Program-made: the position numbers and the translations under genes
Shown here: piece by piece, positions 1 to 9,996 of the stretch
Layout of the letters: each line of letters starts with the position of its first letter
How positions within the stretch are numbered: the stretch's first letter is position 1
NCBI GenBank assembly: GCA_026393895.1
Contig: JAPKZG010000055.1
Span: forward strand, 101-64,100
Direction: 5' to 3'
DNA: 64,000 nucleotides
Source: Candidatus Aminicenantes bacterium
GTDB lineage: Bacteria; Acidobacteriota; Aminicenantia; Aminicenantales; UBA4085
The notes under the pieces: model-generated
The model's input: the letters and a program-made list of their open reading frames with translations, nothing else
Told to the model about the DNA's origin: nothing
Databases searched by the model: none

Positions 1-521
1 TCGGTCGTTTCCAGGTTGTGGTTGAGAATGTCGGGGACTGCCGCCAGAACCCGGTCGAGGGCCTCGGGATCGCCTTGGAAATCGGGGATGAGCGTTTCCA
101 CCCGGACGCCGGGAAGGCGGCGGCGCAAGGCGGCGATCGTCGCGGCGAAATGCGCCGCCCCGCCGTCGGGGAGGTCGTCGCGCGTGACTGAGGTCAAAAC
201 GGCGTATTTAAGGCCGAGAAGAACGGCCGCGTCGGCGACGCGTTCGGGTTCGTCGGCGGAAGGCGCTTCCGGGCGTCCCTTGGCCACGGCGCAAAAGGCG
301 CAGGACCGGGTGCAAGTGTTTCCCAAAAGGAGAAACGTGGCCGTTTTCTGCGTCCAACACTCGCCGATGTTCGGACAGCGGGCGCTCCGGCAGATCGTGT
401 GGAGGCCGCGCTTTTCGAGTAGGGCGGAGACGGAGAAATAGGCCTCGTTATCCGGAAATTTGACCTTAAGCCACGCCGGTTTCGGGGACGCCGGCGGACG
501 AGGAGGTGCTGAAACCGTCAA
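1..521 (-). CDS. lipA: Lipoyl synthase LipA, N-terminal ~173 aa (C-terminus lies beyond the window start)
   Basis: Hand translation of the minus strand gives ...KPAWLKVKFPDNEAYFSVSALLEKRGLHTICRSARCPNIGECW...LGNTCTRSCAFCAV...: both the auxiliary CX4CX5C and the radical-SAM CX3CX2C motifs of LipA are present. The likely TTG start at 519-521 forms a TTGA overlap with the rpsU stop. The ORF track omits it because it runs off the window edge. Confidence 0.85.
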   Translation of the reverse strand, partial: MTVSAPPRPPASPKPAWLKVKFPDNEAYFSVSALLEKRGLHTICRSARCPNIGECWTQKTATFLLLGNTCTRSCAFCAVAKGRPEAPSADEPERVADAAVLLGLKYAVLTSVTRDDLPDGGAAHFAATIAALRRRLPGVRVETLIPDFQGDPEALDRVLAAVPDILNHNLETT

Positions 522-724
522 TATTCGAGGTCTTTATCGCGTTTCAAGCGACGGCGCATCCGCTTCCGAGCCATTGCCTCTTTCATGCGTTTGCGTTCGC
601 CGGGTTTAAAGTAGACGGAGTGCTTCTTGATCTCTTTGATGATCGCTTCCTGTTGCACTTTTCTCTTGAAACGCTTAAGGGCGCTCTCGATCGGTTCGCC
701 TTCATCGATTACTACGAAGGCCAC
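518..724 (-). CDS. rpsU: 30S ribosomal protein S21
   Basis: C-terminal 68 aa of the 518..793 ORF read VAFVVIDEGEPIESALKRFKRKVQQEAII...RMRRRLKRDKDLEY, typical of S21. GTG start at 724 with an AGGAGGTG Shine-Dalgarno immediately upstream (revcomp of 727-740). Confidence 0.9.
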   Translation of the reverse strand: MAFVVIDEGEPIESALKRFKRKVQQEAIIKEIKKHSVYFKPGERKRMKEAMARKRMRRRLKRDKDLEY

Positions 725-860
725 TAGGGATTCACCTCCTCCCATGTCGGGAAAGCCTAAGATTATACCGGTCCTGAAAGGAAAGTCAAACACAAAGCTA
801 CCGGGTAACGGGAAGAGGGGCTAAGGGACAGGTTTTCAATCTGTCCCGACTTTTTCTATA

Positions 861-1559
861 ATGCTGAGACCGATGCATTATCTGATTGATGAAAGCCTTT
901 CGCGCGTTCCGGATCTTGTCCACGGGTTCGGAAGGAAAGATTTCAACGAGTACGACCTTCAGGCCTTTGCCCGCGAGCGCAATCTCCGGCCCGTACTGCT
1001 CGACCAGATCCACTCGGATGTCGTACATATCATTGACGATGTCCCGCCCGTCCGCCCCCGGGGGGACGCCCTCGTCACGAACGTTCCCGGCCTTCTCCTG
1101 GTCGTTAAAACCGCCGATTGCCTGCCCCTGCTCCTGATGGATGAACGGCTTCGGGTCGTCGCCGCGATCCATGCGGGGTGGAGGGGGACGCGTTCGCGCA
1201 TCGTCCAGAAAACCGTCCGGGCGATGAAGACGCGTTTCGGAACAAACCCCGCGGACATCGTCGCGGCGGCGGGACCGTGCATCGGGCCCGCCTGCTACGA
1301 AGTCGGGGAGGACGTCCGAAGGGAATTTTTATCGGCCGAATTCCCGGACGACCTGTTCGTTCCCGCCGGCCGGCCGGGCAAATACTTCTTCGACCTCGAG
1401 GCCGCCAACGCCCTGCAGCTGCGGTCCGCCGGCGTTCCACCCGGCCCGCCCGCGGGCTTGTCCGCCTGTAATCACTGCGATCCGGATTTCCATTCCTACC
1501 GCCGCGACCACAGCCCGTCGGACCGAATGTTTTCCTTCATCGGCCTCTTTTCCCCGTGA
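861..1559 (+). CDS. pgeF: Peptidoglycan editing factor PgeF / YfiH (laccase-domain, DUF152)
   Basis: Motifs DALVT, ADCLP, HAGWRG and C..C....HSYRRD match YfiH. A TATAAT at 855-860 suggests the true start may be the ATG at 873 (near-leaderless). Confidence 0.85.
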   Translation: MLRPMHYLIDESLSRVPDLVHGFGRKDFNEYDLQAFARERNLRPVLLDQIHSDVVHIIDDVPPVRPRGDALVTNVPGLLLVVKTADCLPLLLMDERLRVVAAIHAGWRGTRSRIVQKTVRAMKTRFGTNPADIVAAAGPCIGPACYEVGEDVRREFLSAEFPDDLFVPAGRPGKYFFDLEAANALQLRSAGVPPGPPAGLSACNHCDPDFHSYRRDHSPSDRMFSFIGLFSP

Positions 1560-1920
1560 TTCCTTTAAGAGGGAACCCTTTCTGGGTTCCCCCTGAGTCC
1601 TCCCCACTTCTTAGGGTGAGGGCAACGGGCAACGGCCGCGCATCTTCGAACGCGCGGCTTGCCCTGCTCCCCCCGATGCCTTGCGGGTTTTGCAGTCCTC
1701 CCCGCTCTTGGCGTGAGGGATCGCCCTACACAACCCTTGGTTGTCAGGGTCCAAAGAAGCCTTTCACAATGACCTTTATTAGGCAGGACACGGGGCTTCC
1801 CCGCCCTACGCGACTCTTCGGAGCTAGGACATTGTGATTTACGCGAGGCATTCCCTTTTCAAATGACCGTCGTTCTTGTTTCTTTTGCTGTCCCTCAATC
1901 AACTGACGGCGCGCGGCCAG

Positions 1921-1949
1921 TTGAATCGCTTCTTTCTTTTAGGTATGAT
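1921..1949 (+). promoter_or_regulatory. Sigma70-like promoter TTGAAT-N17-TATGAT for purC, followed by a 5'UTR hairpin (1952-1980) and an AGGTGA SD
   Basis: Hexamers and spacing read directly from the sequence. Confidence 0.5.
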
Positions 1950-1989
1950 GAAGATCGCTGTCTCGAAATCAGAAGCGATCAGGTGAACC

Positions 1990-2880
1990 ATGAGCCAACC
2001 CTTCTCCGACGTCATTCTTCCGGACCTCCGTCTTTTTAGGAAAGGGAAAGTCCGCGACGTTTACGAGGTCGATGACAAGCTCTTGATCGTCGCCACCGAC
2101 CGGATCTCAGCCTTCGATTTCATTCTTCCCTCGTTGATTCCACACAAAGGCCAGGTCCTGACCCAGCTTTCCCGGTTCTGGTTCGAATACACGTCGCTCG
2201 TATGTCCCAACCACATGATCGCGGCCGACGTCGCCGCTTTTCCCCCGATTCTCCGGAAATACGGGGACCTTCTCGATAAGAGGGCGATGCTCGTTAAAAA
2301 AACGAAGGTCGTACCGATCGAATGCGTCGTCCGCGGATATCTTGCCGGGTCGGGATGGAAGGAATACAAGAGCTCGAATAAGGTCTGCGGGATCAAGCTT
2401 CCGGAAGGCCTCCAGGAAGCGGATCGTCTCCCCGAACAGATCTTTACCCCCTCGACCAAAGCCGATGTCGGCCACGACGAGAACATTTCGTTCAAGGCGA
2501 TGGAAAAAATCGTCGGCTCCGCTCTGGCCAAAAAGATCCGCAAGGTCAGTCTGGACCTTTATAACCGGGCGACTCTCCATGCGCTCTCGAAAGGGATCAT
2601 CATCGCCGATACGAAATTCGAATTCGGCCTGGCCGGCGACGAGCTTGTTCTCGTCGACGAGATTTTTACCCCGGATTCCTCGCGGTTTTGGCCCCTGGCC
2701 ACGTACGAGCCGGGTAAGGGGCAGCCTTCTTTGGACAAGCAGTTCGTCCGGGATTACCTGGAGACCACGGGCTGGGATAAAAAGTCCGATCCTCCGGTTC
2801 TCCCCGACGAGATCATCGCCAAAACGTCCCAAAAATACCTCGAAATTTACCGTCTCCTGTCGGGGAAGGCCGATCTGTGA
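1990..2880 (+). CDS. purC: Phosphoribosylaminoimidazole-succinocarboxamide synthase (SAICAR synthetase)
   Basis: GKVRDVY, ATDRISAFD, GIIIADTKFEFG and DEIFTPDSSRFW motifs, full length. Confidence 0.95.
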   Translation: MSQPFSDVILPDLRLFRKGKVRDVYEVDDKLLIVATDRISAFDFILPSLIPHKGQVLTQLSRFWFEYTSLVCPNHMIAADVAAFPPILRKYGDLLDKRAMLVKKTKVVPIECVVRGYLAGSGWKEYKSSNKVCGIKLPEGLQEADRLPEQIFTPSTKADVGHDENISFKAMEKIVGSALAKKIRKVSLDLYNRATLHALSKGIIIADTKFEFGLAGDELVLVDEIFTPDSSRFWPLATYEPGKGQPSLDKQFVRDYLETTGWDKKSDPPVLPDEIIAKTSQKYLEIYRLLSGKADL

Positions 2881-3767
2881 AATCCGGCTGCGTCGACCTC
2901 CATATCCACTCGGACCGGTCGAGCGACGGCGATTATTCGCCGGAGGCGATCGCCCGAATGGCCGCGGAGGCCGGCTTCGCCGCGATCGCGATCGCCGATC
3001 ACGACACCGTCGCCGCCTACCCGGCCGCCTTGGAAGCCGGGCGTAAAGAAGGCGTGGAGATCGTTCCGAGCATGGAAGTCACGACGATGTACGATGACCG
3101 GGAGTTTCATTGCCAGTTGCCTTTCCTTGACTGGGAAAACGCCCGCGTCGCCGGGATCGTGGAACGGGTTGCCGAAACGCGTTGGCAGGAAGCCCGCGAG
3201 AGGGTCGTCAACCTCCGGGCCCTCGGCGTCGGCATCTCCTGGGAAGAGGTGGAGGCCGCCTCTCCGGAGATGGCTCCGCTGGGCGTGACGATCGCCCGCA
3301 TCCTCTTAGATAAGCCGGAATCGCGTCGCGATCCCAAGTTGCGGAAATATTACGGCGACGACGGCCGACCTTTTCCGCCTTCGTTATTTTACCGGGATTT
3401 TTTCCTCGACGGGGCTCCCGCCTATGTTCCGAAACGGCACATCGCGCTTCTCGAGGTCCTGGAAGAATCCGCCCGGGTCGGGGCGGCGGCCGTCCTGTCC
3501 CATCCGGGGGCGTATTTCCAGAAGACGACCCATGAGGATCTGGACCGGCTGAAGGACTTCGGCCTGGCCGGCCTCGAGGTTTATACTTCCTATCATGACG
3601 CCGAACAAACCCGCTTCTACCTCGAAGAGGCGAGAACGTTCGATTTGGTCCCCACCGCGGGATCGGATTTCCATGGCCGGGTGAAACCCCACGTCGCTTT
3701 CGGCTCCATCAAGGATGGGGGCTACGAGATGGTTGAAGCGCTCCGGGAAAGGAGGCCGTCGCCATGA
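2877..3767 (+). CDS. PHP-domain metal-dependent phosphoesterase (TrpH/YciV-like)
   Basis: DLHIHSDRSSDG...IAIADHD PHP motifs. GTG start overlaps the purC stop (GTGA). Confidence 0.8.
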   Translation: MKSGCVDLHIHSDRSSDGDYSPEAIARMAAEAGFAAIAIADHDTVAAYPAALEAGRKEGVEIVPSMEVTTMYDDREFHCQLPFLDWENARVAGIVERVAETRWQEARERVVNLRALGVGISWEEVEAASPEMAPLGVTIARILLDKPESRRDPKLRKYYGDDGRPFPPSLFYRDFFLDGAPAYVPKRHIALLEVLEESARVGAAAVLSHPGAYFQKTTHEDLDRLKDFGLAGLEVYTSYHDAEQTRFYLEEARTFDLVPTAGSDFHGRVKPHVAFGSIKDGGYEMVEALRERRPSP

Positions 3768-4297
3768 TCGGTTGGCTGGAAATCGTGCTCGCGATCATCA
3801 TCGCGGTGACCGTCATCATCGGCTTGATCAAGGGCCTGGTCCGGGAGCTCATCGGCGTGGCCGCCGCCGTCGGCGGCTTCGTCCTGGCCGCATATCATTA
3901 CCAGAAAGCGGCCGACCTGCTCGGCGGATTCATCCACAACCCGCTTGCGACCAAGTTCCTGGGATTTCTTTTCATTGTCTTAGTCGTCGTCATAGCCGGG
4001 GCGCTCCTCGCCTTTTTCCTCTCGAAGCTGATAAAAGGGACGATCCAGGTCGTCAACCATTTCCTGGGCGGCGTGTTCGGCTGCCTCGAGGGGATCTTGA
4101 TCGGCGGGGCGCTCGTCTTCGCCCTCCTCGTTTTTCCGGTCGACCGGACGGCCGTCGCCGAGTCGCGCATCGCGCCCTATTGCTACGGGTTGACGAAGGC
4201 GGTCGTCGGCTTGATTCCCGCGGAGCTTAAAAACGCGGCCCGAACCGCGTATCAAAAGATTTTCAAAACTGAGAAAACCCATGGACAAGAAATTTGA
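3764..4297 (+). CDS. cvpA: CvpA-family membrane protein (colicin V production protein-like)
   Basis: About four transmembrane helices and the typical CvpA length. Its start overlaps the upstream gene's stop (ATGA). Confidence 0.75.
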   Translation: MIGWLEIVLAIIIAVTVIIGLIKGLVRELIGVAAAVGGFVLAAYHYQKAADLLGGFIHNPLATKFLGFLFIVLVVVIAGALLAFFLSKLIKGTIQVVNHFLGGVFGCLEGILIGGALVFALLVFPVDRTAVAESRIAPYCYGLTKAVVGLIPAELKNAARTAYQKIFKTEKTHGQEI

Positions 4298-4514
4298 GGA
4301 AATGTCGATTCATCAGAAGATGGAACTCCTGACCAAGGACATGGTCGAGAAGGAAGTCCGTTACCGAGACGCCCTGAAAGAATTTCAAAAAATCTACCTG
4401 GAAACCGCCCTCCGGAAGTTCAAGGGGAACAAGTCCAGGATGGCCGAATCATTGGGCCTCCACCGAAATACGCTCCACAACAAGGCCAAATCGCTGAAAA
4501 TAAAAAAAATTTAG
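4281..4514 (+). CDS. Small Fis-family helix-turn-helix DNA-binding protein
   Basis: The C-terminal segment NKSRMAESLGLHRNTLHNKAKSL is a Fis-type HTH. 77 aa, weak SD. Confidence 0.55.
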   Translation: MDKKFEEMSIHQKMELLTKDMVEKEVRYRDALKEFQKIYLETALRKFKGNKSRMAESLGLHRNTLHNKAKSLKIKKI

Positions 4515-4537
4515 CAATCGACGGTCACGTCTGCTAA
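4511..4537 (+). promoter_or_regulatory. CIRCE-like inverted repeat TTAGCAATC-N9-GTCTGCTAA (candidate HrcA operator 1)
   Basis: Inverted repeat TTAGCA...TGCTAA with CIRCE spacing, overlapping the stop codon of the upstream gene. Confidence 0.5.
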
Positions 4538-4555
4538 TTTTTCTCGTTTTCCCCC

Positions 4556-4584
4556 TTGACAGCCGTCTCTTTAAGTGTTAAATT
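4556..4584 (+). promoter_or_regulatory. Sigma70 promoter TTGACA-N17-TAAATT for groES-groEL
   Basis: Consensus -35 hexamer with 17-bp spacing. Confidence 0.6.
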
Positions 4585-4609
4585 AGCATTCGCACGCAAG
4601 CACTGCTAA
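4583..4609 (+). promoter_or_regulatory. CIRCE-like inverted repeat TTAGCATTC-N9-CACTGCTAA (candidate HrcA operator 2)
   Basis: Overlaps the -10 and the transcription start, the usual CIRCE position; the consensus is TTAGCACTC-N9-GAGTGCTAA. Confidence 0.6.
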
Positions 4610-4631
4610 ATCACTTTTAATGGAGGTTTTC

Positions 4632-4919
4632 ATGAAGATTTCCCCGTTACACGACCGCGTTCTTCTGAAGCGGATCGAGGAAAAAGAGGTCAAAAGAGGC
4701 AGTATCATCATCCCCGATACGGCCAAAGAGAAGCCCCAGGAGGCGGAAGTCATCGCCGTCGGCAAAGGCCGGACGACCGATGAAGGCAAGGTGATTCCCC
4801 TCTTGGTGAAAGTCGGCGACAAGGTTCTCATCGGCAAGTACGCCGGAACCGAAGTGACGATCGACGGCGAAGAACACATCATCCTGCGCGAAGAAGAGAT
4901 TCTGGCGGTCCTCGCCTGA
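4632..4919 (+). CDS. groES: Co-chaperonin GroES
   Basis: MKISPLHDRVLLKRIEEKE...; a GGAGG SD sits 7 nt upstream of the ATG at 4632 (the ORF-track start at 4620 is 4 codons too early). Confidence 0.95.
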   Translation: MKISPLHDRVLLKRIEEKEVKRGSIIIPDTAKEKPQEAEVIAVGKGRTTDEGKVIPLLVKVGDKVLIGKYAGTEVTIDGEEHIILREEEILAVLA

Positions 4920-4935
4920 TCCGGCGCAATCCTGA

Positions 4936-6570
<1,635 letters not shown>

Positions 6571-6624
6571 AGAAAACCGGGGCGACCGGCGTTGTTCAGC
6601 GCCCGTCCCCGGATGAATTCGCAA

Positions 6625-6657
6625 GGGGAGCGGCTGTCCGGCCGCTCCCCTTTTTTT
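6625..6657 (+). terminator. Rho-independent terminator after groEL
   Basis: 10-bp GC stem GGGGAGCGGC/GCCGCTCCCC followed by T7. Confidence 0.8.
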
Positions 6658-6682
6658 ATCCTCGTTCTCCCTTCTTTCTGGT

Positions 6683-9202
6683 ATGATAAGGCCCATGATC
6701 ATTCGGTTTCGCTACCGCCGGACATGGCCCAAAATCGGTACGTGGGGTGTTTTCCGAATAAAAATCCTCGACCGCTATTTTCTCCGGGAAATTCTGTCGC
6801 CGTTCGGACTCGGCCTCCTCGTTTACAGTTTTGTCCTGATGGCCAACCAGATTCTCCAGTATCCCGAGCTCTTCATCGCCCAGGGAGTTTCCTTCACCGA
6901 TTCGACCAAGCTCCTGCTCTATCTCGTCCCGGCGATCCTCGCCTTCACGATCCCGATGGCCGTCATCATGGGGATCCTGGCGGGCCTGGGCCGCATGTCC
7001 TCGGATTCGGAGTCCGTGGCCTTCAAAGTCCTGGGGATAAGCCATGCCCGGATGGCCCGGCCGCTGTTTCTGTTCGCCGTTTATAGCTGGGCGGCGACCT
7101 TGGCCCTGACGTTGTACATTACGCCGCGGTTTAATTATCTCTGGCTGAAGACGACCGTTTCCGCCGCCTTGGACAAGGCCCAAATCCGCGTCAATCCGCG
7201 GGAGTTCAACGCCACGATTCCCGGCCTGGTTCTGTATCTGGAGGACATCGAACGAAACGGCGACTGGAAAAAGGCGTTCATCGCCTTCAACAGCGGCCCG
7301 CAGGAGTCCCGGGTCGTCATGGCCGACCGCGGCCGGTTGAATTATTATCACCAATCCAAAAGGGCGACGGTCGAACTCTTCGACGCCGTTCAGCACTACA
7401 GCTTCGGCGACAAGCCGGAATATTACGAATGGGTCGATTCGACCCATATAGAACAGGAAATCGATTTTTCCGGGCTGGCCAACGCTTTCACGGCCGAGAA
7501 GCGGGCCCGGGAGCAGGATATCGACGAACTCCGGTCCAGCCTCGGCGCGGCCAGGTCCGCCCTGGTCCGCCTGAAAAAAGAAAAGGCGGGCTATTCCCGC
7601 CACGGCCTCCCCGCAGGGCATCCGGATTCCATCAAGACCGACCTGGGGATCCGCCAAAAAAACGGGGAAATCCGGACCTACCTCGTCGAAAGCCACAAGC
7701 GCTTCGCCCTTCCGTTCGTCTGCCTCATTTTCGTTTTCATGGGCCTACCGCTCGGGCTCTCCACGAAAAAGGGCGGCCGGACGAGCGGCTTCACGATCAG
7801 CCTCGTGATCATTCTGGCTTATTACATCTTCATCACGTTCGGGGAACGCCTGGCCCTCGACGGTCGGGTGGCTCCGTGGCTCGGGATCTGGGGCGGAAAC
7901 ATCATTTTCGGCGCTGCCAGCTTGGTTCTGTTCATCCGTTCGGCCCGGGAGCGGCCGTTCCTCATCAAATGGGTCCAAAAACCGCTTGTTTCCGTCCTGG
8001 CCGAAGTCGGGGCCCCGTCCGCCGGCCCGTCCCCCACGGGAGCGCCGGCCGGAAAAACTTCCGCCCGGCCCCGGGAGCTCGTCCGCCGATTGTTTCTCCG
8101 TCTTCCTTTTCCGAACATCCTGGACCGCTATTTCTTCCGCCGGTATCTCTGGATCGGCGGCTTGATCCTCGTCAGCGTCGTTTCGATCTTCTGCGTCGTG
8201 ACGTTTTTCGACCGGTTGGGGAATGTTTATTCCCATGAGAAACCGGTTTCGATGCTGGTGGAGTACATCTCCCACCGTCTTCCGGAATTTTTCCAGCTCG
8301 GCCTTCCGATGACCGCCCTGATGGCCACCCTTCTCACCCTGGGCCTCTTTCATAAATTCAACGAGATCACGGCGATGAAGGCCTGTGGGGTGAGCGTGTT
8401 CCGGATGATCGTCCCGGCCTTCGTCCTGGCGGCCTTCATCGGGGGGCTGTCGTTCCTGATTCAGGAAGACTTTCTGCCCCGAGAAAACCAAAAAGCCGCG
8501 GAGGTCTGGAACCGGATCAACGACGTCGTGCCTCCGGCCTCGGGAGCGCAGGGATTTTCCTGGAAAACGAACAAGACCCGGGATCGTTTTTTTAACTACG
8601 ATTATTTCAACCCGAAGGACATGACCTTCCGGAAATTCTGGGTCTTCGAAATCGATCCGGTTCGTTGGATGTTAAAACGGCAAGTGTTTGCCTCGACCGC
8701 CCGCCTCGTGGATCAAACGCTGATTCTGGGGAACGGCTGGATCCGGGATTTTCAGGGATCCGATTTTTCCCGCCCGCCCGACCCGGTCTTTTTCCGTACC
8801 TCGGATATTTCCGTTCCGGAGGGCCGCGGCCTTTTTTTGAACGAATCCAAGGAACCGTCCCAGATGAAGTACGGGGAACTCGGCCGGTATATCAGCGAGG
8901 TTGAAAATGTGGGATTCAACACCACCCGGTTGAGAGTGGATCGGGCTTCGAAGCTCTCCTTCCCTTTTGTCGCCGTCATCATGACCCTGCTCGGCATCCC
9001 GTTCGCTTTTGCCATGGGAAAGCGCGGCGCGCTCGTGGGAATCGGCGTCAGCCTCGGCGTCGCCCTCGTTTTTTGGACGACGATCGGCATCTTTAAAAGC
9101 CTGGGGGGCGTGGGGATTCTGCCCGTATTCCTGGCGGCCTGGGGACCGGCCCTTCTTTTCGGGATTTTAGGGCTCTATCTGACCCTTCGCCTTAAAACCT
9201 GA
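6683..9202 (+). CDS. Fused LptF-LptG lipopolysaccharide export permease (YjgP/YjgQ family, two repeats)
   Basis: Two permease halves, each opening with the ILDRYF(L/F)R motif (aa ~27 and ~480), six TM helices each, with periplasmic beta-jellyroll-like inserts. The start is uncertain (ATG 6683 or 6695). Confidence 0.75.
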   Translation: MIRPMIIRFRYRRTWPKIGTWGVFRIKILDRYFLREILSPFGLGLLVYSFVLMANQILQYPELFIAQGVSFTDSTKLLLYLVPAILAFTIPMAVIMGILAGLGRMSSDSESVAFKVLGISHARMARPLFLFAVYSWAATLALTLYITPRFNYLWLKTTVSAALDKAQIRVNPREFNATIPGLVLYLEDIERNGDWKKAFIAFNSGPQESRVVMADRGRLNYYHQSKRATVELFDAVQHYSFGDKPEYYEWVDSTHIEQEIDFSGLANAFTAEKRAREQDIDELRSSLGAARSALVRLKKEKAGYSRHGLPAGHPDSIKTDLGIRQKNGEIRTYLVESHKRFALPFVCLIFVFMGLPLGLSTKKGGRTSGFTISLVIILAYYIFITFGERLALDGRVAPWLGIWGGNIIFGAASLVLFIRSARERPFLIKWVQKPLVSVLAEVGAPSAGPSPTGAPAGKTSARPRELVRRLFLRLPFPNILDRYFFRRYLWIGGLILVSVVSIFCVVTFFDRLGNVYSHEKPVSMLVEYISHRLPEFFQLGLPMTALMATLLTLGLFHKFNEITAMKACGVSVFRMIVPAFVLAAFIGGLSFLIQEDFLPRENQKAAEVWNRINDVVPPASGAQGFSWKTNKTRDRFFNYDYFNPKDMTFRKFWVFEIDPVRWMLKRQVFASTARLVDQTLILGNGWIRDFQGSDFSRPPDPVFFRTSDISVPEGRGLFLNESKEPSQMKYGELGRYISEVENVGFNTTRLRVDRASKLSFPFVAVIMTLLGIPFAFAMGKRGALVGIGVSLGVALVFWTTIGIFKSLGGVGILPVFLAAWGPALLFGILGLYLTLRLKT

Positions 9203-9248
9203 GGCGTCCTGCCGGACGACGAGAGGGGGGATGATCGCGGGAAGGCGA

Positions 9249-9722
9249 TCACATCCGGTATTTGCCGAAGTCCTCGGGCTGAAGGGTCTCGAGCCATTTG
9301 CGGAGATTTTCCGGGTTCTCGAGCGAGGGGTCGAGCGTGAGGCTGTGGGCCCGGCGGACGACCTCCTCTTCGACGTAAATCGGCGCGTCCGTCCTGAGGG
9401 CCAGAGCGATCGCGTCGGAGGGCCGGGAATCGATGATGAGGTCTTCGTCGTTACGGCGGCATTGAATGACGGCATAAAACGTATTGTTCCGGATATCGCT
9501 GATCGTGACCCGTTCCACGGCGACGGACAACTGGGACAGAAGGTTGGTCAGCAGGTCGTGGGTCATCGGCCGGGGAGTGGAGATGTTTTCGATTTTAAGA
9601 GCGATGGCGTTGGCTTCGAAGACCCCGATCCAGATCGGGAGGATGCGTTCGGTTTCCGGGTCCTGAAGGACGACGATCGGCATCTTGGATATGGGATCGA
9701 TGACGAGCCCTTTAATCCGCAT
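9249..9722 (-). CDS. Bifunctional nuclease family protein (DUF151/BFN)
   Basis: MRIKGLVIDPISKMPIVVLQD...SRPSDAIALALR matches the BFN domain; start taken at the internal Met. The ORF-track start at 9782 would span the gene's own promoter. Confidence 0.75.
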   Translation of the reverse strand: MRIKGLVIDPISKMPIVVLQDPETERILPIWIGVFEANAIALKIENISTPRPMTHDLLTNLLSQLSVAVERVTISDIRNNTFYAVIQCRRNDEDLIIDSRPSDAIALALRTDAPIYVEEEVVRRAHSLTLDPSLENPENLRKWLETLQPEDFGKYRM

Positions 9723-9753
9723 TTTGATCGCCACCGTAAACTCCTCGGCTGAG

Positions 9754-9782
9754 AATATAAAAGCAGCGGCCGCGGATGTCAA
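9754..9782 (-). promoter_or_regulatory. Sigma70-like promoter (TGGACA-N17-TATATT) for the BFN gene
   Basis: Read on the minus strand. Confidence 0.45.
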
Positions 9783-9996
9783 GGAACCGGCCCGCCCTGG
9801 ACTCCCCCATAACTCGGAAACTCTTCATTTTCAAGGGAATCTCTGATGGCCATGAATACCTCCCTCCGGTCGCGGGAACCAGTCCCGTCGGTTCCCCCCA
9901 CGGCTGAATCGCCGTGTGGCCCCCCTCCGCTATGCGACCTCTGGGAGGCATCCATGGCTATGAAGAGATTCTGCCAATTATTAACGGCAATTATCC

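Noticed and set aside
1560-1920. Possible riboswitch (ZTP or purine) upstream of purC
   Set aside because: No pfl/ZTP or purine-aptamer consensus features could be recognised by eye. The region is better explained by REP-like palindromic repeats plus a promoter.
6656-8491. Minus-strand ORFs 6656..7696 and 7745..8491
   Set aside because: Antisense to the LptF/LptG gene; Arg/Gly/Pro-rich, no domains.
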